A stretch of 64,000 nt of DNA from Bacteroidota bacterium (GCA_027491085.1 JAIXWW010000011.1:433151-497150); one strand, 5' to 3'. Numbered from the stretch's first letter, positions 49,951 through 60,902 are shown. The notes: generated by a model not told the origin, from the letters alone. Translations and numbers: made by a program.

Positions 49951-50598
49951 ATGATTAAAGCAATTATATTCGACATGGACGGCCTTTTGGTTGATTCAGA
50001 ACCTTATTGGAAAATTGCCGAAAAAATATGTTTTGGCAAATTAGGCTTAACGCTTACTGATGAACTGCTAAGACAAGTAATGGGCTTTAGGCTAAATGAG
50101 GTAGTGGAACATTGGTACAATTACCAACCTTGGGGCGAAAAAAACTTTGAAGCTGTAGAAGCAGATGTATTAGAAACGGTTAAGCAATTGATAGCAGATA
50201 ATGCAAACGCATTGCCTGGCGTGGTTGATACTTTGGAGCTTTGTAAAGCCAATGGTTATAAAATAGCTTTGGCCTCTTCAAGTGCTATGAGTTTAATAAA
50301 TGTGGTGGTTGATAAATTAAACATTCGCCAGTATTTTGATTTATTGGTGAGTGCCGAAAATGAGCCTTATGGCAAACCACATCCGAGTGTATTTTTAACT
50401 ACTGCCAATCAATTAAATGTACTGCCAACTGAATGTTTGGTTTTTGAAGATTCAGTTAACGGAATGGTGGCAGCAAAAGCAGCTAGAATGAAATGCATAG
50501 TGGTTCCTGAAGCAGAAAAACAAAACGAACCTTACTGGCATTTAGCCAATTACCAATTAAAAACTTTAGAGGATTTTAAATTAGAGATGTTGCACTAA
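49951..50598 (+). CDS. HAD-IA family phosphatase
   Basis: Motif [15 protein letters not shown]. Motif [13 protein letters not shown]. 215 aa. Confidence 0.85.
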   Translation: MIKAIIFDMDGLLVDSEPYWKIAEKICFGKLGLTLTDELLRQVMGFRLNEVVEHWYNYQPWGEKNFEAVEADVLETVKQLIADNANALPGVVDTLELCKANGYKIALASSSAMSLINVVVDKLNIRQYFDLLVSAENEPYGKPHPSVFLTTANQLNVLPTECLVFEDSVNGMVAAKAARMKCIVVPEAEKQNEPYWHLANYQLKTLEDFKLEMLH

Positions 50599-51002
50599 AA
50601 ACTTCTATTAGTTTTAACCCATTCTTTGATGTAATCGGCTATATCTTGTGTATTGGTGCCAGGTGTAAAAAGTTTGCCAACCCCAATTTTTGTTAATTCT
50701 TCAATATCTTCATTAGGGATTATTCCTCCTCCAGTTAACAACACATCGTTCATGCCTTCTTGTTTCATTAATTGCAACAATTTAGGGAAAACAGTATTAT
50801 GAGCACCTGAAAGAATACTCACACCAATGGCATCAACATCTTCTTGCAAAGCAGCTTGTACCACCATTTCGGGTGTTTGGCGTAAGCCTGTATAAATTAC
50901 TTCCATTCCAGCATCGCGTAAGGCTGTTGCTATTACTTTTGCGCCTCTATCGTGGCCATCTAAACCTACTTTTGCTACTAAAACTCTAACCGGACGTTGC
51001 AT
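50595..51002 (-). CDS. stand-alone cobalamin (B12)-binding domain protein (methylmalonyl-CoA mutase C-terminal-like)
   Basis: DxHxxG motif in [15 protein letters not shown]. Rossmann-like fold. 135 aa. Confidence 0.8.
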   Translation of the reverse strand: MQRPVRVLVAKVGLDGHDRGAKVIATALRDAGMEVIYTGLRQTPEMVVQAALQEDVDAIGVSILSGAHNTVFPKLLQLMKQEGMNDVLLTGGGIIPNEDIEELTKIGVGKLFTPGTNTQDIADYIKEWVKTNRSF

Positions 51003-51634
51003 TATTTTTTTAATTTTTTAGGGGTAATTTTATTAAACTTTATGAGCATTTGTGGTTTTTCGCTTTCCATAAATGCTAAAAATTGATTGTCATCCATTTC
51101 GTAGTAATTAATGGTGTCGCTGTTATGGGTGTAAAATGCTTCTCTTTCTTTAATTGGCAATGAATTAATGGTGGTTCTTCCTGTTTTATATACCGACACA
51201 AAATTTAAATATTTTGCTAAATTATCAGTTTTTACATTTTCAACACCCATGTATGGCATGTAATGCAAGCCATTTTTTTGCAATTTAAAATAACCTATTG
51301 TCCAATAGCCTTGGTTATCGGCTTTTAACGAACTTAATACATAATAACTACCCAACTTTGAAAGTACTAGACTATCGCTTAAAGTATTTTCAAAATTACC
51401 ATCTTTATCTATTTCGTGAATGCTGTTTTTATCAATGGTTAACAACAAAATGCTATCTTTTTTTGAGCCAGTAAGTAAACCTGCAAAAAAACTAATATTC
51501 AGCTTATAATCGCCCTGCATTTCGGCAGGGAAACTGCTTAAACGTTGGCCTGGCCACCTGTCGAAATAATTATTGCTTCCGCAAGAGGAAATAATAAGTA
51601 TTAAAGCTACAAAAGGAATAATTAGTTTTTTCAT
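51002..51634 (-). CDS. hypothetical lipoprotein
   Basis: Signal peptide with SSCGS lipobox. Stop overlaps the start of the B12-domain gene. Confidence 0.4.
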   Translation of the reverse strand: MKKLIIPFVALILIISSCGSNNYFDRWPGQRLSSFPAEMQGDYKLNISFFAGLLTGSKKDSILLLTIDKNSIHEIDKDGNFENTLSDSLVLSKLGSYYVLSSLKADNQGYWTIGYFKLQKNGLHYMPYMGVENVKTDNLAKYLNFVSVYKTGRTTINSLPIKEREAFYTHNSDTINYYEMDDNQFLAFMESEKPQMLIKFNKITPKKLKK

Positions 51635-51641
51635 AATGGTA

Positions 51642-53195
51642 TTATTTAATACGACTCAAAGCATTTTCTAGCCTTGTAATAGTAGATTCTTTTCCAAACA
51701 AAGCAGCCATTTCAAAAATAGGTGGGCCACCTGCTACCCCACTTAAGCAAACCCTAAACATTTGTAAAAAATCTTTATTTGCCACTTCATTTCTTTCAAG
51801 AGCTTGGTTGTAAGCAGCTTCAATATTGGCATGGTCAAAATTTGAAACATTGCGAAGCAATTCAATTAAATCATTTATTACCAAAGGCGATTTTTCGTTC
51901 CAACGTTTTTTAATTACTGTTTCGTCATAAACAGTTGGCTCCACAAAAAAGTAATTGCTATAGTCCCAAAGTTCTTTTATAAAACTAATTTTTTCTTTAA
52001 CCAAAGCGCAAACTTGTTCTAAGTATTGTTTTTCAGCTTTGATATTATAGTTAGCCAATTGCTTTTCAAGTTCTAAAGCCAAAACTGAATTATCAACTTT
52101 ACGGATATACTGTTGGTTATACCACTTAGCTTTATTTTGATCAAATTTGGCACCATGCTTACTTACTCTCTCTAAAGTAAATGCTTCAGCTAATTCTTCT
52201 TTGGTAAACAATTCTTGGTGCGTACCAGGATTCCAACCTAAAAAGGCCAATAAGTTTACTACTGCCTCTGGCAAATAACCACTTTGTTTGTATCCGCTTG
52301 AAATTTCACCACTATTTGGATCTTTCCATTCTAAAGGAAATACAGGGAAACCTAATTTATCACCATCGCGTTTGCTTAATTTTCCGTTACCATCGGGTTT
52401 TAACAATAATGGTAAATGAGCAAATTTTGGCATTACATTTTCCCAACCTAAATAACGGTACAATAACACGTGTAATGGCGCTGATGGCAACCACTCTTCA
52501 CCACGAATTACATGTGTAATTTGCATGCTGTAATCATCTACAATATTAGCCATGTGGTAAGTTGGCATACCATCCGACTTAAATAAAACTTTATCATCCA
52601 TAGTTGAGGTATTTACCGTAACCCAACCTCTAATTTCATCGTGAAACTTAACTTCCTCTTTGCGAGGTAATTTTATTCTAACCACATAAGCATCGCCATT
52701 TTCTAAACGTCTTTTAGTTTCGTCTTCTGGCAATGTTAAACTGTTAATCATGGTAGTGCGAGTAATGGCATCGTACTTCGAATCAACGTTAGAGGCTTTT
52801 AACCTATCGCGCATGGCATCTAGCTCTTCTGCTGTATCAAAAGCATAATAAGCATAACCATCATTAATAAGTTGGTCAACATATTTTTTATACATTGGCT
52901 TTCTATCGCTTTGGCGGTATGGTGCAAATGGACCATCACCAAAACCAATGCCTTCGTTAGGCTCAATGCCAACCCATTTTAAACTTTCAATAATATATTC
53001 TTCGGCACCTGGCACAAAACGACCTTGGTCGGTATCTTCAATACGAAGGATAAAATCGCCACCATGTTTTTTGGCAAATAAGTAATTGTATAAAGCAGTG
53101 CGAACACCACCAATGTGTAAAGCGCCTGTAGGACTAGGAGCAAATCTAACTCTAACTTTTCTTTCTGTCATAATTATGCGCAGCGAAGATAACAA
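51642..53195 (-). CDS. gltX: glutamate--tRNA ligase
   Basis: RFAPSPTGALHIGGVRTALYNY (HIGH) and KLSKR (KMSKS). Probable real start at MTERKV (~53171). Confidence 0.95.
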   Translation of the reverse strand: MLSSLRIIMTERKVRVRFAPSPTGALHIGGVRTALYNYLFAKKHGGDFILRIEDTDQGRFVPGAEEYIIESLKWVGIEPNEGIGFGDGPFAPYRQSDRKPMYKKYVDQLINDGYAYYAFDTAEELDAMRDRLKASNVDSKYDAITRTTMINSLTLPEDETKRRLENGDAYVVRIKLPRKEEVKFHDEIRGWVTVNTSTMDDKVLFKSDGMPTYHMANIVDDYSMQITHVIRGEEWLPSAPLHVLLYRYLGWENVMPKFAHLPLLLKPDGNGKLSKRDGDKLGFPVFPLEWKDPNSGEISSGYKQSGYLPEAVVNLLAFLGWNPGTHQELFTKEELAEAFTLERVSKHGAKFDQNKAKWYNQQYIRKVDNSVLALELEKQLANYNIKAEKQYLEQVCALVKEKISFIKELWDYSNYFFVEPTVYDETVIKKRWNEKSPLVINDLIELLRNVSNFDHANIEAAYNQALERNEVANKDFLQMFRVCLSGVAGGPPIFEMAALFGKESTITRLENALSRIK

Positions 53196-53269
53196 TGATT
53201 TGAAGATAGAGAAAGGATTTTTGTTGGTTATTTTATATTGGTGGTAAGAAACACAAAAACCCCATAAAA

Positions 53270-53293
53270 AAAGCCGCTTTTAGCGGCTTTTTT
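53270..53293 (-). terminator. hairpin terminator after tig
   Basis: aaaaagccgcttttagcggcttttttg: perfect stem, T-run. Confidence 0.6.
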
Positions 53294-53314
53294 GTTTATC
53301 AATACTATTAAAGT

Positions 53315-54697
53315 TTAGTGGTTGTGGTGAGCAGCGTTGTGCTCTTCTACAATTTTCATAAACTCGTCTTTGCTAACTAATTTTTCTTCTACAGAAATCA
53401 TATCTTTAACTGCAGCATTTACTTTAATTTTAACTGCTGAGTTAATCATACGGCTACGGTAGTCTTCTTTTTTCAAACTTGGCTCAATTAATTGGTTAAT
53501 TAAATCTTCGTTTAAACCTGTCATGGCATAACCACCAAACATTTGCTTGGTATATTCAACAGCAGCAGCTCTAATATCAGCTTCTTCTATTTTAATATCA
53601 GCAGCTTTCATTATTTTTTCTTCCACTAAGTGGTTTTTTAAATAATTAGCTTCAGGCTTGTATGCTTCATCAATGTTTTCAGCATTGAATTTATCAGCAT
53701 ATCTATCCATTAACCAACGTTTTAAAAACTCGTCAGGTAAAATTACATTATGCTTAGCGACCAAAGTATCCATCATGTTATGTTCTAACAAATGGTCAGC
53801 TTGTGCAGTGTAAAATCCTTTAATATCTTCTGCTACTTTTTCTTTTAATGCTTCAAGGCTAGTAATATTTCCTGGGCCATAAGCTGCATCAAATAAATCT
53901 TGGTTAATATCGCCTTCTACATTGCGTTTAATATCCACTACTTCAAAGCTAAAGTTTTGGTTTAAATCAGCAATTCCAACTTTAGCTACACCTAAGGCAT
54001 GGCTCATTTCTTGCTCATCGTTATCAAATAAAGTGAAAATATTTACAGTTGAAGTAGCACCTTTGCTAATGCCTGTTAATAATGCTTTTGCTTCAGCATT
54101 TTTTACAGCCGATAATAACATTGGTACATTATCAGCCTTAACTCCACCTTCTAAAGCAGTTTTATCGTCAGCTAATTCTACTAAGTTTAAGTAAACCATG
54201 TCGTTTTCTTGCTCAGCAATACTTACTTCTTCTAATTTACCAAAACGTTTGCGCATACGCTCAATTTCTTCGTTTACTTCTGCTTCGTCAACACTAACAG
54301 CATATTTAGTAAACACATCGCCTTTGCCAATATTCAAATCAAATTCTGGAGCCATTCCAATATCGAATTTGAAAGTATAGTTTAAGCCTTTTTCTAATTT
54401 GTCAATTAAAGTTTCTTGGTTTAAAACTGGCTCACCTAATAAGCTAATTTTTTCACCATTAATATAATCGTATAAACCTTTAGAAGCAGCAGTATTAATT
54501 TCATCTAATAAAATGCTGTTTCCTACTTGTTTTTCAATCATACCCATTGGCGCAGTGCCTGGTCTAAAACCTGGGATGTTTGCTTTTTTTCTGTAGTCTT
54601 TTAACTTTTTGTCGTAGCTTGGCATGTAGTCAGTACTTTCAATTTGTACTGATATGGTACCATTTAAAGCGTCCTTTTTATCAAATGTAACGTTCAT
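53315..54697 (-). CDS. tig: trigger factor
   Basis: 460 aa, acidic, N-terminal ribosome-binding-like region, a middle FKBP-like domain appears plausible. Typical position near tRNA and gltX. Confidence 0.75.
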   Translation of the reverse strand: MNVTFDKKDALNGTISVQIESTDYMPSYDKKLKDYRKKANIPGFRPGTAPMGMIEKQVGNSILLDEINTAASKGLYDYINGEKISLLGEPVLNQETLIDKLEKGLNYTFKFDIGMAPEFDLNIGKGDVFTKYAVSVDEAEVNEEIERMRKRFGKLEEVSIAEQENDMVYLNLVELADDKTALEGGVKADNVPMLLSAVKNAEAKALLTGISKGATSTVNIFTLFDNDEQEMSHALGVAKVGIADLNQNFSFEVVDIKRNVEGDINQDLFDAAYGPGNITSLEALKEKVAEDIKGFYTAQADHLLEHNMMDTLVAKHNVILPDEFLKRWLMDRYADKFNAENIDEAYKPEANYLKNHLVEEKIMKAADIKIEEADIRAAAVEYTKQMFGGYAMTGLNEDLINQLIEPSLKKEDYRSRMINSAVKIKVNAAVKDMISVEEKLVSKDEFMKIVEEHNAAHHNH

Positions 54698-54725
54698 TTT
54701 TATCTATTTTTCTAAATTATAATCT

Positions 54726-54786
54726 TATTCTAAAAAAAATAAGACTGAAATATTATTTCCAGTCTTATTTCAGTTTTTGCTTTTTT
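54726..54786 (-). terminator. rho-independent terminator after tRNA-Leu (minus strand)
   Basis: Inverted repeat ctgaaata...tatttcag / agactg...cagtct followed by a T-run on the minus strand. Confidence 0.5.
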
Positions 54787-54787
54787 G

Positions 54788-54869
54788 TGCGGATGAAGGG
54801 ACTCGAACCCCCACGTCTCTCAACACCAGATCCTAAGTCTGGCGCGGCTACCAATTACGCCACATCCGC
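54788..54869 (-). tRNA. tRNA-Leu (anticodon TAG), type II with long variable arm
   Basis: Reverse complement gives acceptor GCGGATG/CATCCGC, anticodon stem CCAGA/TCTGG with loop CTTAGGA (anticodon TAG), long variable arm, T-arm GGGGG-TTCGAGT-CCCTC. Confidence 0.85.
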
Positions 54870-55077
54870 TAAAAGGACTGCAAATGTAGAAAATGTGACT
54901 TAAAATGCAATACTTATTTTTTTTGTTTTTATGATATTAGTTCAATTTTAACTGTTTAGTTCTTAAAATTATAGCATTTACTTCAATAAAAAAGATTTTA
55001 CTAACTTTAATATTACCGGGCAAAATTGGCATTTAACAAGCAATTGACCTACTTTTACGCCATTCAATAAAAAATCA

Positions 55078-56490
55078 GTGCACAGCAAACATCCGTTTAT
55101 ACACCAATTAGGAATTGCCTTAAAAAATAATTTACAAGGTTATTTATTTTTTGATGCCTTTAGCGTTAATAAAAACGAATTGGTGTTGGTATTTAACAAT
55201 ATAGATAAATGGCTAAGTATGAAACTCATCATTGAAGCACGTACTTTTTTTATCCAATTTTACGATTACCCAATTGAGCGCAAGGGTTCTACTTACATTT
55301 TATTCAACGAACTAAAAAACAGCCCATTTATTGATTTAAAACTACACGAAAACGAACGCTCATTTAGACTGGTTTTTAAAAATAACTTAAGTTTGGTGTT
55401 TAAACTTTACGGTTCGTTGGCCAATGTGCTTTTGTTTGATCATGAAAACCTTATTTCGCTTTTTAGGTCGCAAATAGAAAGTGATAAGCACCTGTTATTA
55501 AGTAATTTTACTAAATTAGAAAGTGCTGACATTCAAAATTCAATGCCGACTCGTTTTTATGTTTATGAGAACGAAAAACAATTTCCTGTTTTAAACATTG
55601 AACCCAATAATTCAGGTGAAAACAAAGAATACGATTCTGCTTTTGAAGCCTTTAATGAATTCACCAGACAATATTTAGGAAAATATTTTTTTACACAAAA
55701 AAAAGAAAAACTCATTCAGCAAAGCCAAGGTGAACTAAAACGTTGGAGACCCATAGCTGAAAATGCTTCCAACGCACTCGAATTTTTAAAAAACAATGCC
55801 CGAAACGAAGAAATTGGTCATATCATAATGGCTAATTTACATTTAATGAAAAAAGGGGAAGAAACTTTAGAAACCACCGATTTTTATACCAATCTGCCCA
55901 TAAGTATTAAACTAAAAGCCAATTTAAATCCCCAGGAAAACGCACAGTATTATTATAAAAAAGCACGTAATCAAAAAAACGAAGAGCAATTATTGGCCAC
56001 TAAAATAGAGCAAGCCAAACAAAAAATTGCCTTAAATGAAGAAAAGCTAGCTATTGTTTTAGCAGCTCAAACCATGCGCGATTTAAAGCAATTTGATTTG
56101 CCAATTGGTAAGCAAAAAAAGCAAGAAGAACAACGCGAAACATACCGCACTTTTATGCAGAATGGTTGGAAAATTTTGGTTGGAAAAAGTGCAAGCAATA
56201 ACGATGAGTTGACTTTAAAAGTTGCTCAAAAAAACGATTTATGGCTTCATGCCAAAGGAGTGAGTGGCAGCCATGTGGTTATAAAAAATCAAAATAACAA
56301 GCCATTTCCAAACGAGGTAATTCATTATGCAGCGCAATTGGCTGCTTATTATAGCAAGTCAAAAGGAAGTGCAATGGTTCCCGTAATATATACACCTAAA
56401 AAGTTTGTTCGAAAACCTAAAGGTGCCGACCCTGGGCAAGTTTTTATAGAAAAGGAAGAGTTGATTTTAGTAGAGCCTAAAATTAGTTGA
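55078..56490 (+). CDS. NFACT-family protein (RqcH/FbpA-like, DUF814-containing)
   Basis: C-terminal HAKGVSGSHVVIK...MVPVIYTPKKFVRKPKG matches the NFACT-R/DUF814 region. GTG start. Confidence 0.65.
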   Translation: MHSKHPFIHQLGIALKNNLQGYLFFDAFSVNKNELVLVFNNIDKWLSMKLIIEARTFFIQFYDYPIERKGSTYILFNELKNSPFIDLKLHENERSFRLVFKNNLSLVFKLYGSLANVLLFDHENLISLFRSQIESDKHLLLSNFTKLESADIQNSMPTRFYVYENEKQFPVLNIEPNNSGENKEYDSAFEAFNEFTRQYLGKYFFTQKKEKLIQQSQGELKRWRPIAENASNALEFLKNNARNEEIGHIIMANLHLMKKGEETLETTDFYTNLPISIKLKANLNPQENAQYYYKKARNQKNEEQLLATKIEQAKQKIALNEEKLAIVLAAQTMRDLKQFDLPIGKQKKQEEQRETYRTFMQNGWKILVGKSASNNDELTLKVAQKNDLWLHAKGVSGSHVVIKNQNNKPFPNEVIHYAAQLAAYYSKSKGSAMVPVIYTPKKFVRKPKGADPGQVFIEKEELILVEPKIS

Positions 56491-56787
56491 TTATCTTTCT
56501 TTTTCCTTAGATGAAAAAGAAACAATCCCGCAAAGCGGGACAAGGCAAAAAAATGCTTCCACGCACATCCCGAAAGCTTTCGGGACTAAGCTGGCCCGCT
56601 TTTTTGCCGGCCCAACGCACATCGTTAATGGAATATTGATACCCATACTTTCAACCAAATCTATGTATTAAAAAATAAACTTATAGAAACAGATAATTTA
56701 AAAATAATTTTTTCTATGATACCGGTTTCTAAAATTTTGATTAGCAAAATTTTGGTTTTACCTAAAATTAAGAGAACCAATTTAACA

Positions 56788-57495
56788 CTACAAATAATAC
56801 TCGCTTGTTAAGTTTTTATAGGCTTCGGTTTGGGTATTGTCTTCGTTGTAAATTATAAACTCTGATTCAGTTTCTGCTATATTTTGGTTTGAAAAACTCA
56901 TGATAACCCTATTGCTAGGTTTACTAGTTTTAGGCTTTATAAAAATAGATTCACTACAAAATAATCCTTTTTGCAAAGCCAATTTTTTAAAAATAACACC
57001 TTCGTTAACTGGTAAAATAAGTTTAAAAACTCCTTTTGCACTCAATATTTTTTGAACACAATCAATCAATTCTACAAAAGTTAAATCATTGTCATGTCTT
57101 GCTTTGGCGCGTTGCAAATCGGCTATGGAATAATTGCTTTTGCTAATAAAATAAGGCGGATTGCTTATGATTAAATCGTATTGTTTATTGGCAACAAATT
57201 GTTGCAAAGCAACCAAATGAGGTATTATTTGATTACTAAATTTTGATTTGCTAAAATTATTGCTTGCTTGTAAAAAAGCCAATTCATCTATTTCAATGGC
57301 ATCAAACTCAAGTGTTGGATTTTTTTGTGCTAACATCAAAGCCAAAATACCCGTTCCAGTTCCAATATCTAACGCATATTTTATATTATTTACCTTTGTT
57401 AATGCAGCTAACAAAACGCTATCTGTGCCTACTTTCATGGCGCAATTATCTTGTTCAATTAAAAACTGTTTGAACTGAAAATAGTTATTTGCCAT
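56788..57495 (-). CDS. tRNA (adenine37-N6)-methyltransferase-like class I MTase
   Basis: ALDIGTGTGILALMLAQK (motif I) and IISNPPYF (motif IV, N6-adenine type). 235 aa. Confidence 0.7.
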   Translation of the reverse strand: MANNYFQFKQFLIEQDNCAMKVGTDSVLLAALTKVNNIKYALDIGTGTGILALMLAQKNPTLEFDAIEIDELAFLQASNNFSKSKFSNQIIPHLVALQQFVANKQYDLIISNPPYFISKSNYSIADLQRAKARHDNDLTFVELIDCVQKILSAKGVFKLILPVNEGVIFKKLALQKGLFCSESIFIKPKTSKPSNRVIMSFSNQNIAETESEFIIYNEDNTQTEAYKNLTSEYYL

Positions 57496-57497
57496 TA

Positions 57498-60400
57498 TTA
57501 AAAAGTTTTTCCAATTACCAAAGTTTTTTTGATGGCATTGCTGCTGCCATCTGTATTAAAGTAGGTAAAATAAACTACATAAATTCCTACAGGCAATGCA
57601 CTATTTTTTTCACTTAAACCATTCCAAGTTAAGCTACCTTCAGTACCTAAAGGCAGGTTATTTAAAAGCGTTTTTACCAAAACACCTGAGCTGTTAAATA
57701 TTTGCAAAGTGCCAGTGTAATTGTTTTTATCGAACTTATATGTAAAAGTTACCAAATCGTTGGTGCCATCGTTATTAGGCGTAAAAACTTCTGGTTCTAT
57801 GCTGAGTGTTTGGTTCTTTATTTCGAAGTTTAAGTACTGCGAATTTTTATACGTTGGCGTAGCAAAACCACTTGTACTAGCTGCCGAAGTCCAGTTATTT
57901 TTATCGTTGGTTGATTTGTTAAAATCAATTCGCTCCAAGCTCGCACCTTCTTTGTTATCAATTAATGTAAAGTGCATTTTTTCGTTATAAGCCAATTCAT
58001 CATAAACAAGTTCTGGTTTGGCAAATAAAACACAAGTCCCTTCATCATCGCTAAAGCTAGGTAAGGAATTTACTGCGATGATGTTTTTAGGATAAAACAC
58101 TGCGTATTGACTTTTCAAAATTTCCGCATTCGTTGTTATGGCATAATAACTTTTAGGTAAAAGCATGTAACCATCGGGAGCTAAAGCATAAAAATTATCT
58201 ATTTTCCCTGCCTCATTTCTATTGCCAATCCAAAGGTTTTTTATATCAATAAATTGATTGGTTTTATTGTAAATTTCTACAAAGTCAACTCCATTTGGAC
58301 GAGGGTTAAATAAAATTTCATTGATAGCTATATCATTACTATCAGCAGGTTTACACAAACCAAATTCCAACTCATTTTTAACTTCAATTGTGTTGCTTGC
58401 GCAATCTTGAGTTGAATCAATTTTGATATTATAAACAGTGTTGACTTTTATGCTATCAGTAAAAGATATTTGAAGTTCAGTTAAAAAATCATCATTAAAA
58501 CTGAAAGTATAATTACCATTTATTTGCGGTGAAAAATTCAAACTGTTTTGTTTACAAATGCTGTTACTATCAAGTGTTTTGTTAAAATATAAAACCAAAT
58601 TATTTGCATCAATTGGATAAACGCGTGTAAGCAGTGGTTTTTCTGTATCTAAATTATTGCCGGCAACTGAGTTTTTAAAACCAATGGTTCCTCCAATTGC
58701 ATTATTACTGGCAGTCCAATTGCTTGCTAATCCACATGGATTTTTGGTGTCAATCATTTCTAAACTCCAACCGCCACTGGCTTTAACTGGATTATTATAC
58801 CAACTATTTTTATAACCAACTTGATGAATTATCAAATTGTTTTCGTTTAATAAAATCACTTCATCATCTGCACTTAAACTTGGAAACAATGTAACTGCTA
58901 AAACATTTTTATACGTTGAAAATGCGGGCAATTTGCTGTCATCGCAAATTGCTATAAAACTATCAGGATAAAGACGAATATTACCAATTGTGGCAACACT
59001 TGAACCACTTTTTATTTTAAAGTTATTCAATAAAATGATATTCTTGGAACGGTTATAAAGTTCAATGTATTCAGCATTTGGCAAACCAACTCCTGCAATT
59101 GGATTGGCTGAAATTTCAGTAATAATAATATCGTTTTGCTTTGCTGGTTCAATTGGAATATAAGTGAATGAAATGGCAGTATTTGTATTTATTTTATTCA
59201 ACGAACAATCAAAAGCACTATCCACTTGAATGGTATAATTTTGATTATAAACTAAAGGTTGCAAAAAAGTAAAATAAACCGAATCAAACTTGGATCCTGT
59301 GATTATTTTACTAGAAACAGGAACACCATTAACAGTTAAAACCAAACCTTGCATGGCAGCAGAATCCATTTTTTCATTGAAAACAATTACTGCATTTAAG
59401 CTATCAGTATAAAACCAACTTTTCACTTGAGGTGCAGTTAAATCGGGCTGATTGCTAGTGAAAAAGTTTGCTTTTCCTGGCGTTCCTCCAATTGGACTTT
59501 CGGATGCCAACCAATTATCAACTCCTTTGCATAAAGTATAAGGATTGATTAACTCTAAGCTCCAACCTCCCCCACTTTTAATCGAAGAATTATACCAACT
59601 TAAATCGTAATCTATTTTGTCAATTACCCTATTTTTTTCATCTAAAATTTGCACCCAATCACCATCATTATTTAAACCAGGCAAAAAAGGAACAGCCAAG
59701 GTTTTACCATAACTTTTAAATAAAGGTTCGTTGGTAGGATTAACAATAATTAAATACTCAAGCGGCTGAATGGTATAATTAGGTAATATAGCACTTGAGC
59801 TATTATCCGTTATTTTCCAACCACCTATATTGATTGGATAATTGGTTCTATTAAATAACTCAATAAACTCAGCATCGGGCAATCCATTACTTGGCGATGG
59901 ATCGGGCATAATTTCATTGATTACTACATCTGCCACAGTTGGTTTATAAAACAAAAATTTCAATGTAGAATCATTCATTTTATTGCCAACGGCATCCTCT
60001 ATATTTTTAATTAATAGTTCATAATTAGTAGTAGAAATAAAACTGCCTTCAAAAAACAATAAAACGCTTTTTAAATCTTGATTCACTTGAGCACTGATTA
60101 ATTGAGGGAAAATATTATCAAGCTCATAGTTTTGTAATTTAGAGGCAACATTACTATTTACTGTTTCCGAAAAATTTAATTTAATAATGCTATCGTTAAT
60201 TATTTCAAAGGTTTGAATTTGAGGTGGGGTAATATCAATAATTGGTGCACCAATATAAACATCGTCAAGATAAAAGTTGGTAATATTTCCAGAAGTAAAG
60301 CGTGCGAAAAACCCACTGTATGCTGTTGTTTTAAAAGTAGTATCAACCACACTTCCCTCCAATTGAAAATTACCAACGGCTGAAGTATCGCTGTATAAAA

Positions 60401-60896
60401 ACCAATTACCCGCTAAATCACGATTTACTTTTATGTTTAAAATATTATTGCTTTTGGCTATGGTTGCTGGTCTTCCAGCAATAATTCTAGTGCGTTTTGA
60501 ACCTTCTTGTTTGTATAAACTTATAGTGTCGGTATTGCCAGTACTACCACCAAATTGAATATAATAACCGTTTAAGTTGCCTTTCAAATTAGTTTGATCA
60601 GATGCAAGGAAAAACCTGCAAAAATTTTGAATACTTGGGCTTAAATTAAACCTAATCCAAAAGCGCCATTCAGTATTGCTTAACTCTGTATTTTGCGCTA
60701 CCAAACTAATATCTTTTGCAGTTCCTATTGTTCCTTTGCTTTGCAGTTGCAAGGCAGCGTTAATTTGCCAAAGACTATCATCGCCAAACCAAGTTGGGCT
60801 TTCAGTAAAATTTCCATCCGCAAAATCATCAACCAACTGCGCTTGAATGGAAAAAAAGAAAAAAATAAATACAGTAAGAAAAAATGTTCTTAACAT
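57498..60896 (-). CDS. large secreted lamin-tail-domain (LTD) repeat protein with T9SS C-terminal sorting domain
   Basis: Signal peptide. Three LTD-like segments (VINEIMPDPSP, IITEISANPIAG, INEILFNPRPNG). C-terminal beta-strand tail GIYVVYFTYFNTDGSSNAIKKTLVIGKTF is typical of a T9SS CTD. Confidence 0.7.
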   Translation of the reverse strand: MLRTFFLTVFIFFFFSIQAQLVDDFADGNFTESPTWFGDDSLWQINAALQLQSKGTIGTAKDISLVAQNTELSNTEWRFWIRFNLSPSIQNFCRFFLASDQTNLKGNLNGYYIQFGGSTGNTDTISLYKQEGSKRTRIIAGRPATIAKSNNILNIKVNRDLAGNWFLYSDTSAVGNFQLEGSVVDTTFKTTAYSGFFARFTSGNITNFYLDDVYIGAPIIDITPPQIQTFEIINDSIIKLNFSETVNSNVASKLQNYELDNIFPQLISAQVNQDLKSVLLFFEGSFISTTNYELLIKNIEDAVGNKMNDSTLKFLFYKPTVADVVINEIMPDPSPSNGLPDAEFIELFNRTNYPINIGGWKITDNSSSAILPNYTIQPLEYLIIVNPTNEPLFKSYGKTLAVPFLPGLNNDGDWVQILDEKNRVIDKIDYDLSWYNSSIKSGGGWSLELINPYTLCKGVDNWLASESPIGGTPGKANFFTSNQPDLTAPQVKSWFYTDSLNAVIVFNEKMDSAAMQGLVLTVNGVPVSSKIITGSKFDSVYFTFLQPLVYNQNYTIQVDSAFDCSLNKINTNTAISFTYIPIEPAKQNDIIITEISANPIAGVGLPNAEYIELYNRSKNIILLNNFKIKSGSSVATIGNIRLYPDSFIAICDDSKLPAFSTYKNVLAVTLFPSLSADDEVILLNENNLIIHQVGYKNSWYNNPVKASGGWSLEMIDTKNPCGLASNWTASNNAIGGTIGFKNSVAGNNLDTEKPLLTRVYPIDANNLVLYFNKTLDSNSICKQNSLNFSPQINGNYTFSFNDDFLTELQISFTDSIKVNTVYNIKIDSTQDCASNTIEVKNELEFGLCKPADSNDIAINEILFNPRPNGVDFVEIYNKTNQFIDIKNLWIGNRNEAGKIDNFYALAPDGYMLLPKSYYAITTNAEILKSQYAVFYPKNIIAVNSLPSFSDDEGTCVLFAKPELVYDELAYNEKMHFTLIDNKEGASLERIDFNKSTNDKNNWTSAASTSGFATPTYKNSQYLNFEIKNQTLSIEPEVFTPNNDGTNDLVTFTYKFDKNNYTGTLQIFNSSGVLVKTLLNNLPLGTEGSLTWNGLSEKNSALPVGIYVVYFTYFNTDGSSNAIKKTLVIGKTF

Positions 60897-60902
60897 AAAA
60901 AG

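Noticed and set aside
56511-56639. 42-codon basic small ORF (MKKKQSRKAGQGKK...) as a ribosomal-protein-like gene
   Set aside because: No match to known small ribosomal proteins. The region is dominated by palindromic hairpins, so it is more likely terminators or structured RNA. Kept only as a note inside a finding.
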